From Alphaproteobacteria bacterium (GTDB taxonomy: Bacteria; Pseudomonadota; Alphaproteobacteria; SP197): 64,000 bases of DNA. Below are positions 39,103 to 49,102 of the stretch, one piece after another. Within the stretch, counting starts at the first letter, position 1. Each line of letters opens with the position of its first letter. The stretch spans positions 64,001 to 128,000 of the forward strand of contig OZ219920.1 of NCBI GenBank assembly GCA_964291415.2, written 5' to 3'. The translations under genes were made by a program, and so were the position numbers. The notes under the pieces are model-generated. The model had not been told where the DNA came from and made no database searches. It was given only the letters and a program-made list of their open reading frames with translations.

Positions 39103-39612
39103 CTAGCTGCGCTCCAGGGAGCCCTCGTGACGCAGCAGCCACTCCTTGCGCCCGAGGCCGCCGCCGTAACCGGTCAGTGTCCCGTCCGCGCCGATCACGC
39201 GATGGCAGGGATGGACGATGGCGATCGGGTTGCGACCGTTCGCCTGTCCCACGGCCCGGCTGGCCCGGGGACTGCCGACTCTCCTCGCCAGCTCGGCGTA
39301 ACTGATGGTCGCGCCACAGGGAATCGTGCGCAGGGATTGCCAGACGGACTGCTGGAAGTTCGTCCCCGAGGGTCGCGTGGGGATGGTCTCGATGGCATCG
39401 AGTTGACCGCCAAGATATGCGGTAATCCGGTCGGCGATGCCTGACGGATCCGATGCCGCGCGTCGAACCCCCTGCGGGTACTGCCTGGCGACAAGGTCGT
39501 CGAACCGGCCTTCATCGTCCATGAAGTCGAGGATTTCCAGTGTCTCGCCGTCGATCACCATGCCGATGGGGCCAATCGGGCTCGCCAGTACAGTCATGTA
39601 GGGCTCGGACAT
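39103..39612 (-). CDS. ogt: Methylated-DNA-protein-cysteine methyltransferase
   Basis: GTNFQQSVW, RAVGQANGRNP, active site PCHRV, GYGGG. Confidence 0.95.
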   Translation of the reverse strand: MSEPYMTVLASPIGPIGMVIDGETLEILDFMDDEGRFDDLVARQYPQGVRRAASDPSGIADRITAYLGGQLDAIETIPTRPSGTNFQQSVWQSLRTIPCGATISYAELARRVGSPRASRAVGQANGRNPIAIVHPCHRVIGADGTLTGYGGGLGRKEWLLRHEGSLERS

Positions 39613-39766
39613 GGTTGCCACCTTCAGGAAGCCGGGGAAGACCTATCCTACTCACCGCGGCCTTCTCCGACGACAGGCCTGTTGTGGACGGATTCCCGGG
39701 CGCGAACACCTCTGGAATGAGGGTGCGGAATGGGGTACCTGATGATGCGTCAGATCGGGGATTACC

Positions 39767-39961
39767 ATGAGCGTCGAACCTCCTGAAGTCGTGGAAACCG
39801 ACAACCCGAAGGTCTGGTGCGATGGTGGAGGGGTTCTGGGACACCCCCGGGTCTACTACGACCTCAGCGCCCACGGCGCGGTCGATTGCGGCTACTGCGA
39901 CAGGCGGTTCGTCTGGTTGGGCTACAAGGGGACGGACGGGCGCTCCGGGTCTTCCGAATGA
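39767..39961 (+). CDS. zf-CHCC zinc-finger protein
   Basis: WCDGGGVLGHPRVY...CGYCDRRF; typically upstream of polA in alphaproteobacteria. Confidence 0.9.
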   Translation: MSVEPPEVVETDNPKVWCDGGGVLGHPRVYYDLSAHGAVDCGYCDRRFVWLGYKGTDGRSGSSE

Positions 39962-39995
39962 CGCCGTACCGCGGCAGGGATACGGGGTAAGCGCC

Positions 39996-42698
39996 ATGGC
40001 GTCGTGCCGGCACATGTTCCTGATCGATGCCTCGGGGTTCATCTTCCGTGCTTTCCACGCCCTGCCGGCCATGCACCGGTCGGACGGGACGCCGGTGAAT
40101 GCGGTCAGGGGTTTCTGCAACATGATCATGAAGGTGATCGGTGACACGGACGCCGATCACATTGCCTGCGTCTTCGACCATAGTTCGCGGAGCTTTCGCA
40201 ACGACATCTACGATCTCTACAAGGCCCATCGGCCGGAGACGCCCGAAGACCTCGTGCCCCAGTTCCCGCTGATCAGGGAGGCGGCGAGGGCGTTCAACCT
40301 TCCGGTGGTGGAGATGGAGGGCTACGAGGCCGACGACATCATCGCCACCTACGCCCGCATCGCCAGCGAAGCCGGTGCCAGGACCACCATCGTGTCGTCG
40401 GACAAGGACCTCATGCAGCTGGTGACGGACCAGGTGACCATGCAGGACGGGATGAAGGACCGGACCATCGGCGCAGAGGAGGTTGTGGAGAAGTTCGGTG
40501 TTCTTCCCGACAGGGTGGTCGACGTCCAGGCGCTGGCCGGCGATTCGGTGGACAATGTGCCGGGCGTGCCCGGTATCGGAGTCAAGACCGCGGCCACGCT
40601 CATCAAGGAATACGGTGACCTGGAGACCCTTCTCGAGCGGGCCCACGAAATCAGGCAACCCAAGCGGCGCGAGAATCTGCTGGAACACGCCGATGATGCA
40701 CGGATGTCGCTGCGACTTGTGACACTCGATCGCCACGTACCCCATTTGACACCCCTCGAGGAACTCGTCCGGCAGGAGCCGGATGCCGACACCCTCATGG
40801 CGTTCCTGCAGTCCCAGGACTTCCGGACACTCGTGACCAGGGCCGCGGCCTGGATGGGCCAGAGAGTGGACACCGTGGTACCCGAGGCGCCGCAATCCGT
40901 TGCCTACGAACTTGTCCAGGACGTGGCGGACCTCGAACGCCGGGTGGCCGAAGCGACACGCCACGGCCTTGTGGCCATCGATACGGAAACCACGGGTCTC
41001 GATGCCATGTCCGCCGACCTTGTCGGCATCTCGCTTTCCACGCGCCCCGGCACCGGCTGTTACATTCCGCTGGCTCACAGATCCTCCGAACTGATGCTCG
41101 AGACACCGCGACAGCTTGCGCCCGGGACGGTACGCGAGGTGCTGGCGCCGATGCTTGCGGACCCTGCGGTGCTCAAGGTCGGTCACAACATCAAGTACGA
41201 CTGTCACATGCTTGCCCGCGCCGGCATGCCGGTCCATCCGGTGGATGACACCATGCTGCTGTCATGGTGCCTGGACGCCGGCAAGCACCGGCATTCCATC
41301 GACATCCTCGCTTCGACGCATCTCGATCGCCAGGTGACCTCCTTCAAGGATGTGGCCGGCCGGGGCAAGTCCCAGGTGACCTTCGATCTGGTTCCCCTTG
41401 ACCGGGCCCGCGACTACGCGGCGGAGGACGCCGATGTGACGCTGGGCCTGTGGCATCGCTTGAGGCCGCGCCTCGTTCCGGAACGCATCACGAGGATTTA
41501 CGAGACCGTCGAACGGCCGTTGATTCCCGTCCTCGCCGCCATGGAGCGTGCCGGGATCAAGGTGGACCGGGAGCAACTGGAACGCCTCTCGGGCGAATTC
41601 GGCCGGCGCATCCGGGATCTGGAAGGCGAGATCCACGCCCTTGCCGGAAGGCCCTTCACCATCGGTTCGCCGAAACAGCTGGGGGAGATCCTGTTTGACG
41701 AGATGGGACTGGATGACGGCCGGAAACGTTCCACGGGCGCCGACGTTCTCGAGGGACTTGCGGCCCAGGGCCACGAGTTGCCCGCCCGGGTGCTCGAGTG
41801 GCGCCAGCTGTCGAAACTGAAGAGCACCTACACCGATACGCTCGTCGAGCAGATCAATCCGGCCACGGAGCGGGTCCACACGTCGTTTTCCATGGCGGCC
41901 GCACCCACCGGACGCCTCGCCTCCACGGATCCCAATCTCCAGAACATTCCGGTTCGAACCGAGGAAGGGCGCCGCATCCGCAGCGCCTTTGTTGCGGAAC
42001 CGGGCCATCTCCTGATGTCGGCGGACTACTCCCAGATCGAGCTGCGTCTGCTGGCCCACATTGCCGACATCGCGTCGCTCAAGCAGGCCTTCCACGACGG
42101 CATCGACATCCACGCCATGACCGCAAGCGAGGTGTTCGGTGTTCCTCTGGAGACAATGGACCCGCTCACCAGGCGCAATGCCAAGGCCATCAACTTCGGT
42201 ATCATCTACGGTATCAGCGCCTTCGGACTGGCGCGCCAGCTCTCCATCGGCCGCGATGAGGCCAGGAACTACATCGACGCCTACTTCGCGCGCTATCCCG
42301 GCATCCGAGGCTACATGGACCGCACCATCGCCGTAGCCCGCGAAGCGGGCCATGTCACGACGCTGTTTGGCAGAAAGTGCCATCTTCCCGGCATCACGAA
42401 CTCCAAGGGACCGGCCCGCGCCTACAGCGAGCGGGCGGCGATCAATGCGCCGCTCCAGGGATCGGCCGCCGACGTCATCAAGCGCGCCATGATACGCATT
42501 CCCGGCGCCCTGGAAGCAGAGGGCCTGACGGCGCGCATGCTCCTGCAGGTGCACGACGAACTGCTCTTCGAGGTGCCCGAGGCCGAGGTCGCGGCGACGG
42601 CGCAGTGCGTTCGTGGAATCATGGAAGACGCCGCTCACCTCGATGTGCCGTTGACGGTGGATGTCGGCCTGGGCGCCGACTGGAACGCTGCGCACTAG
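39996..42698 (+). CDS. polA: DNA polymerase I
   Basis: 5'-3' exonuclease (YEADD, SSDKD), 3'-5' exonuclease (DTET), polymerase motifs ADYSQIELR, KAINFG, QVHDEL. Confidence 0.98.
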   Translation: MASCRHMFLIDASGFIFRAFHALPAMHRSDGTPVNAVRGFCNMIMKVIGDTDADHIACVFDHSSRSFRNDIYDLYKAHRPETPEDLVPQFPLIREAARAFNLPVVEMEGYEADDIIATYARIASEAGARTTIVSSDKDLMQLVTDQVTMQDGMKDRTIGAEEVVEKFGVLPDRVVDVQALAGDSVDNVPGVPGIGVKTAATLIKEYGDLETLLERAHEIRQPKRRENLLEHADDARMSLRLVTLDRHVPHLTPLEELVRQEPDADTLMAFLQSQDFRTLVTRAAAWMGQRVDTVVPEAPQSVAYELVQDVADLERRVAEATRHGLVAIDTETTGLDAMSADLVGISLSTRPGTGCYIPLAHRSSELMLETPRQLAPGTVREVLAPMLADPAVLKVGHNIKYDCHMLARAGMPVHPVDDTMLLSWCLDAGKHRHSIDILASTHLDRQVTSFKDVAGRGKSQVTFDLVPLDRARDYAAEDADVTLGLWHRLRPRLVPERITRIYETVERPLIPVLAAMERAGIKVDREQLERLSGEFGRRIRDLEGEIHALAGRPFTIGSPKQLGEILFDEMGLDDGRKRSTGADVLEGLAAQGHELPARVLEWRQLSKLKSTYTDTLVEQINPATERVHTSFSMAAAPTGRLASTDPNLQNIPVRTEEGRRIRSAFVAEPGHLLMSADYSQIELRLLAHIADIASLKQAFHDGIDIHAMTASEVFGVPLETMDPLTRRNAKAINFGIIYGISAFGLARQLSIGRDEARNYIDAYFARYPGIRGYMDRTIAVAREAGHVTTLFGRKCHLPGITNSKGPARAYSERAAINAPLQGSAADVIKRAMIRIPGALEAEGLTARMLLQVHDELLFEVPEAEVAATAQCVRGIMEDAAHLDVPLTVDVGLGADWNAAH

Positions 42699-42743
42699 GA
42701 GCCGGGCCGATCCTGCGGTGAGGCACGGTGGTCGGACGGCCGG

Positions 42744-44045
42744 ATGATGCACAGCGAAACCGCTTTCCTCGTCGACACGCTGTCCTTCCTTGTCTGGGGA
42801 GGGCTGGTCATGTGGATGTGCGCGGGCTTCACGATGATCGAGGCCGGATCGGTGCGAACCCGGAACGCGTCGGTGACCTGTCTCAAGAACATCGGACTGT
42901 GTTCCATCGCCGTTCTCACCTACTACCTGGTGGGCTTCAATCTCATGTTCGTTGACGTCGAGCCCGGCGGCTGGATTGGCGCGCTGGAGTTGTTTCAGGG
43001 TTCGACCGCTGCCGAACGCCAGTTGCTGCAGGGCCAACAGGAGGTTCTGGACACGGTGGTGGCGACGGGCCATGCCTCGATGTCGAGGTGGTTGTTCGGC
43101 ATGGTCTTCGTTGCCTCGGCAGCATCGATCGTCTCGGGCACGCTCGCCGAACGCGTGAAGCTGTGGCCGTTCTTCCTTTTCATCGTGGTGCTCACAGGCA
43201 TCATCTATCCCGTCGTCGGCGCCTGGGCCTGGGGCGGCGGCTGGCTCGCAGAATTGGGATTCCACGATTACGCTGGCTCGACGGTGGTGCACGCGACCGG
43301 TGGCTGGGCGGCGCTGGCTGGGGTGCTGATCGTCGGCGCCCGAACCGGAAAGTTCCGGGACGATGGTACGGTCAAGTCGACACCGCCGGCGAACATTCCG
43401 GCCGTGACCCTCGGCGTCTTTTTCATCTGGCTGGGATTTCTGGGCTTCAACGGCGCCTCGCAGCTGGCGTTCGGCAGCGCAATCGATGCGGTCGCCGTGG
43501 CCAACGTTCTGGTGAATACCAATCTGGCGGCGGCTGCCGGCACGTTGACGGCACTGACCATCTCCCGTCCGTTGTTCGGCCACGTGGACTTCCAGGCATC
43601 CGTCAACGGCGCCATCGCCGGCCTGGTGGCGGTCGCCGCGGGTCCGGATTTCGCCGATCACACCTGGGCTCTCTTCATTGGCGCGACCGGCGCCATTGTC
43701 TGCACCTCGGGCATGAAACTCCTGCTGATCCTGAAGATCGACGATGAGGTGGGGGCAGTTTCGGCCCATATGGCAGCGGGAGTGTGGGGAACGCTCGCAG
43801 TCTGCTTCACCCATGATGGTGTCCTGCTGGCCCAACTGGCCGGCGTCGCAGCGGTCGGCGGCTTCGTGTTCGCATCCTCGTTCATTGTGTGGTGGATCAT
43901 CGACGTGCTGGTGGGCGTGAGAAACCCGCCGCATGTCGAGCAGGCAGGCCAGGACCTCGCCGAACTTGGCATCGTCGCCTACCCGGAATTCATGCTCATC
44001 GACGATGTCGACGACGCGAATGAGGATCCTTCGCCATACCCCTGA
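42744..44045 (+). CDS. amtB: Ammonium transporter (Amt family)
   Basis: AGFTMIEAG, IVSGTLAER, DYAGSTVVH, GFNG, DDEVGAVSAH, AYPEF. Confidence 0.93.
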   Translation: MMHSETAFLVDTLSFLVWGGLVMWMCAGFTMIEAGSVRTRNASVTCLKNIGLCSIAVLTYYLVGFNLMFVDVEPGGWIGALELFQGSTAAERQLLQGQQEVLDTVVATGHASMSRWLFGMVFVASAASIVSGTLAERVKLWPFFLFIVVLTGIIYPVVGAWAWGGGWLAELGFHDYAGSTVVHATGGWAALAGVLIVGARTGKFRDDGTVKSTPPANIPAVTLGVFFIWLGFLGFNGASQLAFGSAIDAVAVANVLVNTNLAAAAGTLTALTISRPLFGHVDFQASVNGAIAGLVAVAAGPDFADHTWALFIGATGAIVCTSGMKLLLILKIDDEVGAVSAHMAAGVWGTLAVCFTHDGVLLAQLAGVAAVGGFVFASSFIVWWIIDVLVGVRNPPHVEQAGQDLAELGIVAYPEFMLIDDVDDANEDPSPYP

Positions 44046-44051
44046 CGGTGA

Positions 44052-44387
44052 ACTGGCGGCAGATGCCGGGCACGGCCACGACACGGCTGGAGCGCTCGAC
44101 GGTCATGGCGAAGCCGCCCTCGAGCACGGTACGCAAGCGCACCACGACATGATCGGGGAGCATGAAGAGATTGGCGATGGTCTTCTTCCCGATCCTGGGT
44201 CCTTCACGCCAGGCCCTTGTCAGCAGCACGGCGGGTTTGTCGGCCAGGTTGGGAACGTGTTCGATGTTGAAGGTCCTGGGGCATCCACCATGGGCACAAC
44301 GTGCCAGTACTGACCCTCTCAAAGACGATGATTACAAGATTAATTCAGCGAGTTAGGCAAGTTGAGCGCCGATGACGTTCCGCCTAG
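44052..44387 (-). mobile_element. IS1634-family remnant (left end plus 5' transposase fragment)
   Basis: IEHVPNLADKPAVLLTRAWREGPRIGKKTIANL..LP..V...LRTVLEGG resembles the IS1634 transposase N-terminus. Putative end CTAGGCGGAACG at 44387; AT-richer stretch. Confidence 0.7.
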
Positions 44388-44474
44388 ACTCTTTCTGATC
44401 GCCGCAGGGCACGAACCGTCGGCACACGACGGGATGATCGAACGGCGTGCTGTTTGCGGACAGGAGGAGGACGT

Positions 44475-45065
44475 GTGACGAAACCGTTCTGCTGGATCGA
44501 GACAGTCGATCGCGAGGAGGCGGGCCCCGAGTTGGCCGACGCCTATGGCGAGGTCTGCCGTGGCGACGGCAGTGTCCACAACATGTACCAGGCGTTCGCA
44601 ACGAGGCCCGACCTTCTGATCATGGCGGACCGGTTCTACCGTGCGCTGCTGCACAGCCCGCGGCGCAGCCTGGAGGCCTGGGTGCAGGAGCTGATCGCGA
44701 CCTGGGTCGCGATCCTCTGCGGTTGTCGCTACGCGAAGGACAATCACGGCGCAAACATGACGAGCCTGCTGGGCGATCGGGAACGGGGACAGGCCATGCT
44801 GGAGGCGCTCGAGGCAGGAGAGATCCCGGCGGACACCGACGCTTACCTTGCGGCGATCCTCGCCTACACGCGCAAGCTCACCCTCGAGCCCGCCACAATG
44901 GCCAGGGGGGACGTTGCGGCGTTGCGCGAGGCGGGCCTGGGCGATGCCGAGATCTTCGAGGTCAACCAGATTGCCGCCAACTTCGCCTACTGGACGCGCA
45001 TGTTGAACGGGCTGGGCGTGACGGCCGACGGCGAGCCGGTCGGCATGTACGGAAACGGACCGTGA
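44475..45065 (+). CDS. AhpD/carboxymuconolactone-decarboxylase-like (peroxidase-related) protein
   Basis: GGAGG RBS plus GTG; ELIATWVAILCGCRYAKDNH, YTRKLT, LREAGLGDAEI, ANFAY..R..NGLG. Confidence 0.85.
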   Translation: MTKPFCWIETVDREEAGPELADAYGEVCRGDGSVHNMYQAFATRPDLLIMADRFYRALLHSPRRSLEAWVQELIATWVAILCGCRYAKDNHGANMTSLLGDRERGQAMLEALEAGEIPADTDAYLAAILAYTRKLTLEPATMARGDVAALREAGLGDAEIFEVNQIAANFAYWTRMLNGLGVTADGEPVGMYGNGP

Positions 45066-46501
45066 GCCGCCGTGGCAGGCGACGCGGCGGGCGAAACTCG
45101 GCTCTCGCGCGGGAGGCCCGGCCAGCGCAGGATCTGCGGCGTGCACAGAATCTCCGACTCCCGGTCCTGGAGCGGGCGGACGTCATGGCAATCCATGATG
45201 GCGCCCTGCGCATTCTCGATGAGGTTGGCGTCATCGTCGACGACGAGGGAACGCGCAGGGATCTTCTGGAGAACAGGGGCTGCCGACAGGACGAGGATGG
45301 CTATGTGCGCATTCCACCGGCACGGGTCGAGGCTGCGCTGCAAACGGTGCCCCGCAGCGTCGAACTCTACAACCGCGAGGGCGAGCGGGTGGTCGATACC
45401 GCCGCCGATCGCCCCGCCTATTGCGCCGGGCACAACTGCGTCAACATCCTGGATCACAGAACCGGCGAACTCAGGCCCGGCGTTCTGAATGATCTCGCCA
45501 ACACGGCCCGGGTTTGCGAAGCGCTGCCCCATCTCGACGTCGCCTGTTCGCTGGGCTACCCGACCGACGTCGAAGCCGAGGCCGAGGCGGTGACTTCTGT
45601 CACGGCGATGATGGACAACACCGTCAAGCCCATCGCGTTCACGGCGCACGACGAGATCAAGGCCGAGGCCATATGGCAAGCGATGGCTGACCGCGTCGGC
45701 GGTTGGCGGGCTCTGGGCGACAAGCCCTGCGGACTCGACCTTACGGGCCCGGTTTCGCCGCTGCGGCTGGGCGACGAACTTTGCCGCAGGCTGCAACTCG
45801 CGGCGCGAGGGCGTTTCCCGGTCGTGTGCTATCCAGCGATCTTCCCGGGCATGGCCGGTCCGATCACGCTGGCCGGGGTGCTGGCGCAGTCTGCAGCCGA
45901 ATCGCTGGCCGGCATCGTGGTCCACCAGATCGCCAACCCCGGCGCGCCGGTGATGGCAGGCTCGTCCGTCCTGCCGATGGACATGAAGACCGCGACCATT
46001 GCCTACGGCGGCCCCGAATACATGCTGGCCAATCTCGGCGGCACCGACTACTACAACGCGATCGGCGTGCCGAGCTGGATCGGCGCGGGCTGCTCGGATT
46101 CCCACGCCGTCGACGCCCAGGCGGCGTCGGAAGTCGGTGCGAACCTGGCGCTCGCGGGGCTTGCCGGCACGGCCTTCGTCCACAACCTGGGCTTCCTTTC
46201 CTCGGGCCGCACGGGCTCGCTGGAGATGCTGGTCCTGTGCGACGAACTTGCAGGCTGGGCGAGCCGCTTCGCCAACGGCATCGAGGTCAACGAGGACACG
46301 ATCGGCTTCGAGGTCGTGAAACGCGCAGCGAAGGACAACACGTTCCTCACCGACGAGCACACCACGGCGCGGTACATGACTGAAAACTGGTTCCCGCCGA
46401 TGTCCGAACGTTCCGATTCCGCCGCCTGGCAGACCGGCGGCGCGCGGACAATGCAGGACAAGATCAGGGACCGTCTGCGCGGGATTCTGGACGAAAGCTG
46501 A
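45062..46501 (+). CDS. Trimethylamine methyltransferase (MttB) superfamily, non-pyrrolysine
   Basis: IHDGALRILDEVG, VSPL, PITLAG.LAQ..AE.LAG, PGAPV, DMKT, DAQA; no in-frame TAG. GTGA overlap with the upstream gene. Confidence 0.88.
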   Translation: MSRRGRRRGGRNSALAREARPAQDLRRAQNLRLPVLERADVMAIHDGALRILDEVGVIVDDEGTRRDLLENRGCRQDEDGYVRIPPARVEAALQTVPRSVELYNREGERVVDTAADRPAYCAGHNCVNILDHRTGELRPGVLNDLANTARVCEALPHLDVACSLGYPTDVEAEAEAVTSVTAMMDNTVKPIAFTAHDEIKAEAIWQAMADRVGGWRALGDKPCGLDLTGPVSPLRLGDELCRRLQLAARGRFPVVCYPAIFPGMAGPITLAGVLAQSAAESLAGIVVHQIANPGAPVMAGSSVLPMDMKTATIAYGGPEYMLANLGGTDYYNAIGVPSWIGAGCSDSHAVDAQAASEVGANLALAGLAGTAFVHNLGFLSSGRTGSLEMLVLCDELAGWASRFANGIEVNEDTIGFEVVKRAAKDNTFLTDEHTTARYMTENWFPPMSERSDSAAWQTGGARTMQDKIRDRLRGILDES

Positions 46502-46956
46502 TCAGGGCCATTCGGAAGGCAAGTCCTGCAGACGACCGTCTGTGCTGTCGCGTGCCCCGCGGAACGGCGCGTGGCGCGGTGAGGTCGGTGGCCCGTGCCC
46601 GGACCCGGCGGTTCAGAAGCATGTCGACCCTCACCCGGATGCGGCCGGCATCAGCGTCGGTCCGCAATCGCACCGCAAACGGTGCGCGTTGCGGCAGGCC
46701 CAGGCAGCGGACGGCTCCGCGCATACGTATCGCCATGCTTCCAGCTTGCACTCGATCAAAAAGCGCCACAGGCGATGGGTTGATGCAGGGTTTCTCGCGG
46801 TACGGCGACGGCCGGCCGCTCGACGGCCGGGACCGATGCGTGCATCCTTGCCGACGGTTCGTCAGCAACCGACAGCGGTTCCGGCCGGGAACTCGCGATC
46901 ACGGGGCTGCGTCGACGCTCCGGTAACCATCCACAGAACGATTGCGGTGATGTTTC

Positions 46957-48621
46957 ATGGACGACTACTACGATCTCGGGTCGTACAGCAGGAAGGTGTC
47001 CACGCGGTCCGCCGCCGCGCAAGCCTGGTTCGACCGCGGCCTCAACTGGCTCTATGCCTTCAACCAGGAGGACGCGGAGGTTTGCTTCCGGAACGCTGTT
47101 GAGGCCGATCCCCGGTGCGCCATGGCGTGGTGGGGCCTCGCCTACTCGATTGGCCCCTACTACAACTGGCCGTGGGAGAAGTTCGACGCGGCGGCGCTGG
47201 GGCCGGCGCTTCGCGGCAGCTACGATGCTGCCCGGACCGCGCTGGGGCTTCGGGACGGTGTGAGCGGTCCGGAGCGGGCGCTCATCGACGCGATGGCGCT
47301 GCGCAGCCCGTCGCCGTCGCGTCCCACAGACTTCCAGGACTGGATCGAGGACTACGCCTGCGCGATGCGCGAGGCCTACCATGCCTGGCCGCGCGACCTC
47401 GATATTGCGACGCTCTTTGCCGATGCCGTCATGACGCGGACGCCGTGGAAACTGTGGAACCTTCGCACCGGCGAGCCGGCGGAAGGTGCCAGTACGCTGG
47501 AGGCGCGGGCCGTGCTCGAGAGCGCGCTGCGCCAGGTCGAGGAAGAAGGCCTGCCGCCGCATCCCGGCCTGCTTCACTTCTACATCCACCTGCTGGAGAT
47601 GTCGCCGTTCCCGGAACAGGCCCTGCGGGCAGGCGACCAGCTCTACGGCCTGGTGCCGGATGCAGGCCACCTCCATCACATGCCGACCCACATCGACTTC
47701 CAGTGCGGCCATTACCACAACGTCGTGGTGCGCAACGCTGCGGCGCTTGTCGCCGACCACAAGCATGTCGCGCGCGAGGGAGCGCTCAATCTCTACGCCT
47801 ACTCGCGCGTCCACAACGCGCACTTCATGCTCTACGGGGCCATGTTCCTGGGCCAGTGCCGCACCGCCATGGAAGCGGCCGACGAAATGGTGGCATCCCT
47901 GCCGGAAGCCTTGCTGCGCATCGAGAGCCCGCCGATGGCCGATATTCTCGAGGGCTACCTCGGCATGAAAGTGCACGCTCTCATCCGCTTCGGGAGGTGG
48001 CAGGAAATCATCGGGGAACCGCTGCCGTCGGACACCGAGCTCTACTGCGTGACCGAGGCCCTCGGGCTTTACGCCAAGGCGGTTGCCTACGCTGCGACAG
48101 GCGACATCCCCGCTGCCGAAGAACACCGCGAGCGCTTCGAAGCGGCGCGCCAGCGCGTGCCTCCATCGCGCCTTCTCTTCAACAACACCTGCCGGGACGT
48201 TCTTGCGATCGCCTCGGAGATGGTCTGCGGCGAGATCGACTATCGCAGGGGCGACCACGCAACCGCCTTCGTCCACCTGCGCAACGCGGTCGCCCTTGAG
48301 GACAATCTGCCCTACGACGAACCCTGGGGCTGGATGCAGCCGACACGCCATGCACTCGGCGCGCTGTTGCTCGAGCAGGGCGAGGCGGAGCAGGCGGAGG
48401 CCGTTTACCGCAGCGACCTTGGTTTCGATCCCGAGGTGATTCGCGCCCGCCGGCATCCCGACAACGTCTGGGCGCTGCACGGGCTCCACGAAGCCCTGAT
48501 CCGCCAGGGAAAGGAGCATGAGGCAGGCATGATCGCGCCGCGTCTCGACCTCGCTCTCGCCCGCGCCGATGTGACGATCGAATCGTCCTGCTACTGCCGC
48601 ATGCACACACAGGCCCGCTGA
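46957..48621 (+). CDS. Conserved His-rich TPR protein of unknown function
   Basis: AQAWFDRGL..YAFN, HPGLLHFYIHLLE, GHLHHMPTHI, YDEPWGW, HPDNVWAL.GL. Confidence 0.85.
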   Translation: MDDYYDLGSYSRKVSTRSAAAQAWFDRGLNWLYAFNQEDAEVCFRNAVEADPRCAMAWWGLAYSIGPYYNWPWEKFDAAALGPALRGSYDAARTALGLRDGVSGPERALIDAMALRSPSPSRPTDFQDWIEDYACAMREAYHAWPRDLDIATLFADAVMTRTPWKLWNLRTGEPAEGASTLEARAVLESALRQVEEEGLPPHPGLLHFYIHLLEMSPFPEQALRAGDQLYGLVPDAGHLHHMPTHIDFQCGHYHNVVVRNAAALVADHKHVAREGALNLYAYSRVHNAHFMLYGAMFLGQCRTAMEAADEMVASLPEALLRIESPPMADILEGYLGMKVHALIRFGRWQEIIGEPLPSDTELYCVTEALGLYAKAVAYAATGDIPAAEEHRERFEAARQRVPPSRLLFNNTCRDVLAIASEMVCGEIDYRRGDHATAFVHLRNAVALEDNLPYDEPWGWMQPTRHALGALLLEQGEAEQAEAVYRSDLGFDPEVIRARRHPDNVWALHGLHEALIRQGKEHEAGMIAPRLDLALARADVTIESSCYCRMHTQAR

Positions 48622-49102
48622 GCACGGGCCGCACAGGCAAACCTGCCTGCGAACGCCCACCTCGTGAGGCGATCGATCAGCACGGTGTTGTCCGCGTTCT
48701 CAGTGCATTCGGGCTCTTCGTGCGGCCTGGGTTCGGTCCCCGGATTGACATCGGCATCCTTGTTCTTCTTCCACCGGATCGGGATTCGGGCCCGGCGATC
48801 TGCGAGGTGGGGGCACAGGCAGTCGGGCGTCGGGAGATGTACGCGGAGATGCAGTTCATCTGTCGCGGCGAAGGCGGTTCGGTCATTGCGCCCTGTGTGA
48901 GTCACATCAGCGCGCACCCGACGAAGATTGCGATCCCGGACCAGGTGGCGGGCAACCGGGAGATGGTCGGTTTCACGTTCCTTGAACGCTGGTGGTTTGC
49001 CTGAGCGGTGAACGTCAAACAGGAATGTTGGGCAACATATCCGGCCTTGATTCCGCCATCGCACATGCGGCGGTACCGACGATCAGCCCGGTTCGTCCGA
49101 GT

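Noticed and set aside
44447-46501. 684-aa ORF as a novel MttB fusion
   Set aside because: The first ~205 codons are an off-frame read of the AhpD-like gene; the real start is GTG 45062.
46560-46780. Possible LysR C-terminal remnant on the minus strand (RIRVRVDMLLNR)
   Set aside because: Similarity is too weak to support without a search.
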